NCBI GenBank assembly: GCA_038087875.1
Contig: JAXLNO010000465.1
Span: 1 to 49,601, forward strand
From: Malacoraja senta
Taxonomy: Eukaryota
DNA length: 49,601 nucleotides
Direction of reading: 5' to 3'
Part shown: one piece after another, positions 40,351-49,601 of the stretch
How the letters are laid out: every line of letters starts with the position of its first letter
Position numbering within the stretch: the stretch's first letter is position 1
Translations under genes and position numbers: made by a program
Notes under the pieces: model-generated
What the model saw: the letters and a program-made list of their open reading frames with translations, nothing else
The model's database searches: none
Told to the model about the DNA's origin: nothing

Positions 40351-40969
40351 GAGTGAGTATAGGAGCAGGGAAGTTCTAGTGCAGTTGTACAGAGTCTTGG
40401 TGAGACCACACCTGAAGTATTGCGTACAGTTTTGGTCTCCAAATCTGAGGAAGGACATTACAGCCATAGAGGGAGTGCAGAGAAGGTTCACCAGACTGAT
40501 TCCTGGGATGTCAGGACTTTCATATGAAGAAAGACTGGATAGACTTGGCTTATACTTGCTAGAATTTAGGAGATTGAGAGGGGATCTTATAGAAACGTAC
40601 ACAATTCTTATGCGGTTGGACAGGCTAGATGCAGGAAGATTGTTCCCGATGTTACGGAAGTCCAGGACAAGGGGTCACCGCTTAAGGATAAGGGAGAAAT
40701 CCTTTAAGACTGAGATGAGAAAAAAGCTTTTCACACAGAGTGGTGAATCTCTGGAACTCTCTGCCACAGAGTGTAGTTGAGGACAGTTCATTGGCTATAT
40801 TTAAGAGGGAGTTAGATGTGGCCCTTGTGGCTAAAGGGATCAGGGGGTATGGAGAGAAGGCAGGTACGGGATACTGAGTTGGATGATCAGCCATGATCAT
40901 ATTGAATGGCGGTGCAGGCTCGAAGGGCCAAATGGCCTACTCCTGCACCTATTTTTTATGTATTGTCTA
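40351..40969 (+). mobile_element. 5'-truncated CR1-clade LINE in IGS, copy 3
   Basis: Same sequence as 383-1001. Confidence 0.92.
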
Positions 40970-41978
40970 TGTATAACCACGAAGCAAATCGACAGTGATC
41001 ATTAACCAGTACACCGATTCACGTTAACAATTCCCCCCGCAAAAGGTGCACCTCAAACGGCAGTACTTTTAGATATGGTCCCTTACGAGTGCATAACCAC
41101 GAAGCAAATCGACAGTGATCATTAACCAGTACACCGATTCACGTTAACAATTCCCCCCGCAAAAGGTGCACCTCAAACGGCAGTACTTTTAGATATGGTC
41201 CCTTACGAGTGCATAACCACGAAGCAAGTCGACAGTGATCATTAACCAGTACACCGATTCAAATTAACAATTCCCCCCGCAAAAGGTGCACCTCAAACGG
41301 CAGTACTTTCAGATATGGTCCCTTACGAGTGCATAACCACGAAGCAAATCGACAGTGATCATTAACCAGTACACCGATTCACGTTAACAATTCCCCCCGC
41401 AAAAGGTGCACCTCAAATGGCAGTACTTTTAGATATGGTCCCTTACGAGTGGATAACCACGAAGCAAATCGACAGTGATCATTAACCAGTACACCGATTC
41501 ACATTAACAATTCCCCCCGCAAAAGGTGCACCTCAAACGGCAGTACTTTTAGATATGGTCCCTTACGAGTGCATAACCACGAAGCAAATCGACAGTGATC
41601 ATTAACCAGTACACCGATTCACGTTAACAATTCCCCCCGCAAAAGGTGCACCTCAAACGGCAGTACTTTTAGATATGGTCCCTTACGAGTGCATAACCAC
41701 GAAGCAAATCGACAGTGATCATTAACCAGTACACCGATTCACGTTAACAATTCCCCCCGCAAAAGGTGCACCTCAAACGGCAGTACTTTTAGATATGGTC
41801 CCTTACGAGTGCATAACCACGAAGCAAATCGACAGTGATCATTAACCAGTACACCGATTCAAATTAACAATTCCCCCCGCAAAAGGTGCACCTCAAACGG
41901 CAGTACTTTTAGATATGGTCCCTTAGGAGTGCATAACCACGAAGCAAATCGACAGGCATCATGAACCAGTACACCGAC
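40970..41978. repeat. IGS 120-bp subrepeat array, type B
   Basis: Same as 1002-2010. Confidence 0.96.
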
Positions 41979-42240
41979 GCACTAACGATTTCCCACACAA
42001 CACCGATGACATGAACAATTTATCCCGCAAACTGAACCAGCACGGAATTTATACCGCACACGGAACAAGTACATCGTCGCTCAAACGGCAGTACTTTGAA
42101 AATATGCTCCCTCCCCGGCATATAATCATGAACCAAATCGACAGGACGTGAGTCAACCAAAAAAATCACTAAGTCCGTCCGGGACAATTCGTTAACCGAC
42201 TAGGCCGTGGCGTATGAGGTGGGCCCGGGTGCGGGACTGC

Positions 42241-42371
42241 ACACAAAGGGGAGCCGGAGAGGGGCCAGCTGAGGATTTTTGGCCCGGGCGGGGGACTTTG
42301 CGCGCCGCGCGCAAAGTCCCCCGCCCGGGCCAAAAATCCTCAGCTGGCCCCTCTCCGGCTCCCCTTTGTGT
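42241..42371. repeat. Perfect 131-bp palindrome, copy 3
   Basis: Same as 2273-2403; followed by G-tract 42440-42496. Confidence 0.97.
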
Positions 42372-42898
42372 TCTGCTGCACGCAAAGTCCAGCACCCATG
42401 CAACTCATGAACCGACGATCGGCCATGAGAAGAAAGGAAGGGAGGGGGGGAGGTGGGGGTGGGGGTGGGGGGTGGGGGGTGGGGGGTGGGGGGGGGTCGG
42501 CGGAGGCAAGCGAAGGTCCCGAAGGTCGGACAGCTGGCCGGGCTGCCGACCGACGAGGGCCACGGGCGAGGCGCCATGGCTGCACTCCATGGGCTGCACG
42601 ACGCCGGCACGGGTGAGGCGGGGCCGGACGCGCGGCTCTCCGAGACGGCAGTCCCCCCACTCGACCCGAGTCCGGCCCTTCTGACACAGCGGTGCACGCG
42701 TGCAGGTAAGGCATTGCTGCCCCCCGCACGGCGCAAGGCCGGGAAAGAGGGAACCGAACGTGGGGAAGAGAGGAAGAAAGCGGTTAGGAGATGACCGCGT
42801 GCGCGACCGCGCCCTCCGCGACCGACGGAGGACAGCTTTAGAGCGAGCTAGCGTCTTGCCCGCCCAGACTCCCCCCCTGACAGGGAGACCGGTCCGCC

Positions 42899-46752
<3,854 letters not shown>

Positions 46753-47932
46753 AGGCAGAGAAACGGCTGGTAGCTTTTGGCTGGCCACCACCGATCGCCG
46801 GTCGAGCGACAAAACAACGCACACCACCAAGAAAGCACCGTCCAAAGCTTTTCCTTTCCACCGACCGACCAACCGGAGCGGCACAACACAAGGAGGAGCA
46901 GGACCGAACCGGGAAGGCGACAAGTCGCCAGCCGGCTTTGGTCACGCGGCCGGACCGTTGTGTGTGACGACGGAGGGTGGGAGGCAGGGCGGGGCAAGCA
47001 TGGCTTGCAAGGCAAGCTTGCTGGATGACAGGCACACGCGACAGAGCACGGCGAGCAAAAACCGAGCCGACCACTGCGACGGCCGAGCATGCAAGTCGGG
47101 GCCGAGTCAGGACACGCAAGCTCCCTGCGGGAGGGAGATCAGGCGTGCAAAGCTCGACCGAGTCAGGCATACGAGACCGACGTGCGGAAGGGCGAGGTAG
47201 TGCGCGGGCGTGAGTGGGGCGCGACGAGCCACACCAAACAAAAACAGCCAACCAAACCAGACGGTGCGAGCGAGCGGCGTGCGAGCAAAGGCGCGCTCGT
47301 GCTCGGCTGATATCCTTTTTTCCGGAGCCCCGATCGCCGTGCGAAGGCCAGGCGTGCGACGCGTAAGCCTGAGAGAGCAGAGGCGAAGTGAGAGTGAGGC
47401 CGTCCGACCGACCGCCCCCGCCGGTGCAAGGATGAACCAGGCACGGGAGGGAGGATTGGATGGATGGGCCCTTCCCAAGAGACGTCTCTGTTTTTCTCCA
47501 GCTCGCATTTCCGCACACCTGCAGCCGTCCCACAGGGGCAGGGAGTCAACGCCGGCGCAACCGTAAGGCAGTGCCCCGACGGCGAGGCGAGCAGCAGTCC
47601 CGCAAGCAAGGCGGCAGTCAGAAGCGACGACACCACACGCAAGGTGTGGGTCTCCCGCAGTGACGGCCGTGCCAGAGGAAAGGCTCGTCCTTCCGCGTCC
47701 GCGTGCGGACAAGGGCAATGCCCGGGAGGGCACGGGTCAAAGGTCTCCCCGGTCGCCGTGCGACCCCGCCGCCACCGCCGCCGCAGCGGGCGGGCGGGCG
47801 GGCAGGAGTGCACGGGCACGGAGGGCTCCAGTGTCTGCACTTAGGGGGACAAAGAGGAGGACTTGCCCCTCTGCGACACCCCAGCCGCGCGCTCTCGCAC
47901 CCCGGAGGGCAAGGGAGCACGATTGATTGTAC

Positions 47933-47990
47933 AAGCGACCCTCAGACAGGCGTAGCCCCGGGAGGAACCCGGGGCCGCAAAGTGCGTTCA

Positions 47991-48024
<34 letters not shown>

Positions 48025-48025
48025 T

Positions 48026-48090
<65 letters not shown>
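47933..48090 (-). rRNA. RNA5-8S: 5.8S rRNA unit 3 (ITS2 46753-47932, ITS1 48091-49435)
   Basis: Same as unit 1. Confidence 0.98.
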
Positions 48091-48091
<1 letters not shown>

Positions 48092-49435
48092 TTAGGAGGT
48101 TTCTTTGGGCTGTTTGTGTACCGTGTCGCCGGCCTCAGGACCTCCATGACGCTTGCTACAGCTTTCGCCGCCGCCGCCACTAAATGCTGCTCTCCTCGTC
48201 CTCCCCCTTTGACTCACCATTTCCCCAACAGCCTCCTTCCCCTCCCCCCCAACAATGGGGTCAGGAGAAGATGGGAGGTAATTGGTGGGTCAGATAGTCA
48301 AGGTAAGGAGTATGAGGGACAGAAATAGAGGTGGAGCGAGAGAGCGAACGAGCGAAAGAGAAGCAAGAGAACCGACTAGCGGACGGGCCCAGGACCACCC
48401 GACACTCCTTGTCCACCGCCGCGGGGAAAGGAGCCCCATCCTGGGGTGGCCCTTTTGCGCTTTCGCGCATACGTCACATTGATACACAGAGCGAGAAAAA
48501 AACCATCAGGGCGTTCGCGATCCGCCGCCACCGGGTCATAGGCCTGCACCCGGGGCGCAACGGACGTGCGGAGGCAGGTTTCCCCGCCGCCGTCTTCCCA
48601 CGCATCCACAGTGCCGAGGATTGTCGAGCCGCGCCGCACGGCCGCCCCTCTTCTGCCACCCGCACCTCGGGGTGGCATGGAGGAACAGCGAAGTTTTAAA
48701 GGCACTGGCGGACCGGGCCTCGGAAGGGAGGCTCAGAAACCGCTAGCTCGACAAGAGCGACGACAGAAGTGGAGCGGAGGGGGAGACGCTCGCGACTCTT
48801 TAACACCGCCGCCGTGCCCGACGGCTCGCGGGAGCCCGAAGGGGAGACGTGTAGGTGACCCTGTTCGAGGGCGAAGGGAGTTTAGTAAGCACGACCAGAA
48901 GTGTCCCGCTCAGGGTGAAGCGACCGGCCCTGCAATACCGGCGCGACTCCCAGCAGGAGACACAGTGGCCGTCGACCCGCGAGACAGAGCGACGAGCCGC
49001 CAAATCGGTGCCCGAATCCGCAGCCGCTCCCTTTCTTGTTTTCGACTGCGGTTGGACCTTCCGTCGAGACGGTGGCATCCAACGCCTCTTGTTGCCCCTT
49101 GGCGCGCGCCGTGAAAGGCGTGCTCCCCGTATAGAGAACACACGCCTGGACTCGGCGGCGACGGGTCAGCCGATCGACGTTGGAGGCCGTGTTCGCCCTG
49201 CGTGGGCCGATCATGGATGGAAACCCCTCGCCCGCGCGAGAGGCGCCCAGCACCCTCCGTGCCTAGGCCGCGGGCCGAGCCCGGCAGCGCTCCGCCTAGC
49301 CCGAGGGGCGCCTGAGGCTGTAGCATGCGGTTTCCGAGGATACCGTTTTTGTCTGTTCGGGCCACTCCGCCGCCGCCGCCTAACGCCGCCACATGCGAGC
49401 GTTCGTCGGGATGGGGTGTGTGGGCCCACGGCCGA

Positions 49436-49518
<83 letters not shown>

Positions 49519-49554
49519 GGCGCTCCGCCAGCGCCGTCGCCGACCCCGGCGGGG

Positions 49555-49601
<47 letters not shown>
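49436..49601 (-). rRNA. RNA18S: 18S rRNA unit 3, 3' end (window-truncated)
   Basis: taatgatccttccgcaggttcacctacgg... Confidence 0.98.

Overview
Vertebrate 45S rDNA tandem array, transcribed on the minus strand, covering about 2.5 repeat units. The empty unit is 15,415 bp, from coordinate offsets 20105, 19863 and 15415. The CR1-type LINE tail and the very long ITS1/ITS2 suggest a cartilaginous fish (inference). The three 28S genes show three states of the canonical R2 site (TTAAGG^TAGC). Unit 3 is empty. Unit 2 carries an intact 4,448-bp clade-A R2 retrotransposon with a 1315-aa ORF and a 5' HDV-like ribozyme. Unit 1 carries an unusual 4,692-bp composite from a diverged R2 lineage. Its first part is a ~1-kb internally deleted, ORF-less element in normal orientation (ribozyme, 3' UTR, A tail). 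This part has its own copy of the 28S leader, ending exactly at the predicted ribozyme cleavage site. Its second part is a 3.7-kb inverted, frameshifted R2 ORF that corresponds almost exactly to the segment missing from the 1-kb element. The intergenic spacer holds a perfect 131-bp palindrome, a G-tract, two 120-bp subrepeat arrays split by a fixed 5'-truncated CR1 LINE, and duplicated candidate Pol I start motifs.
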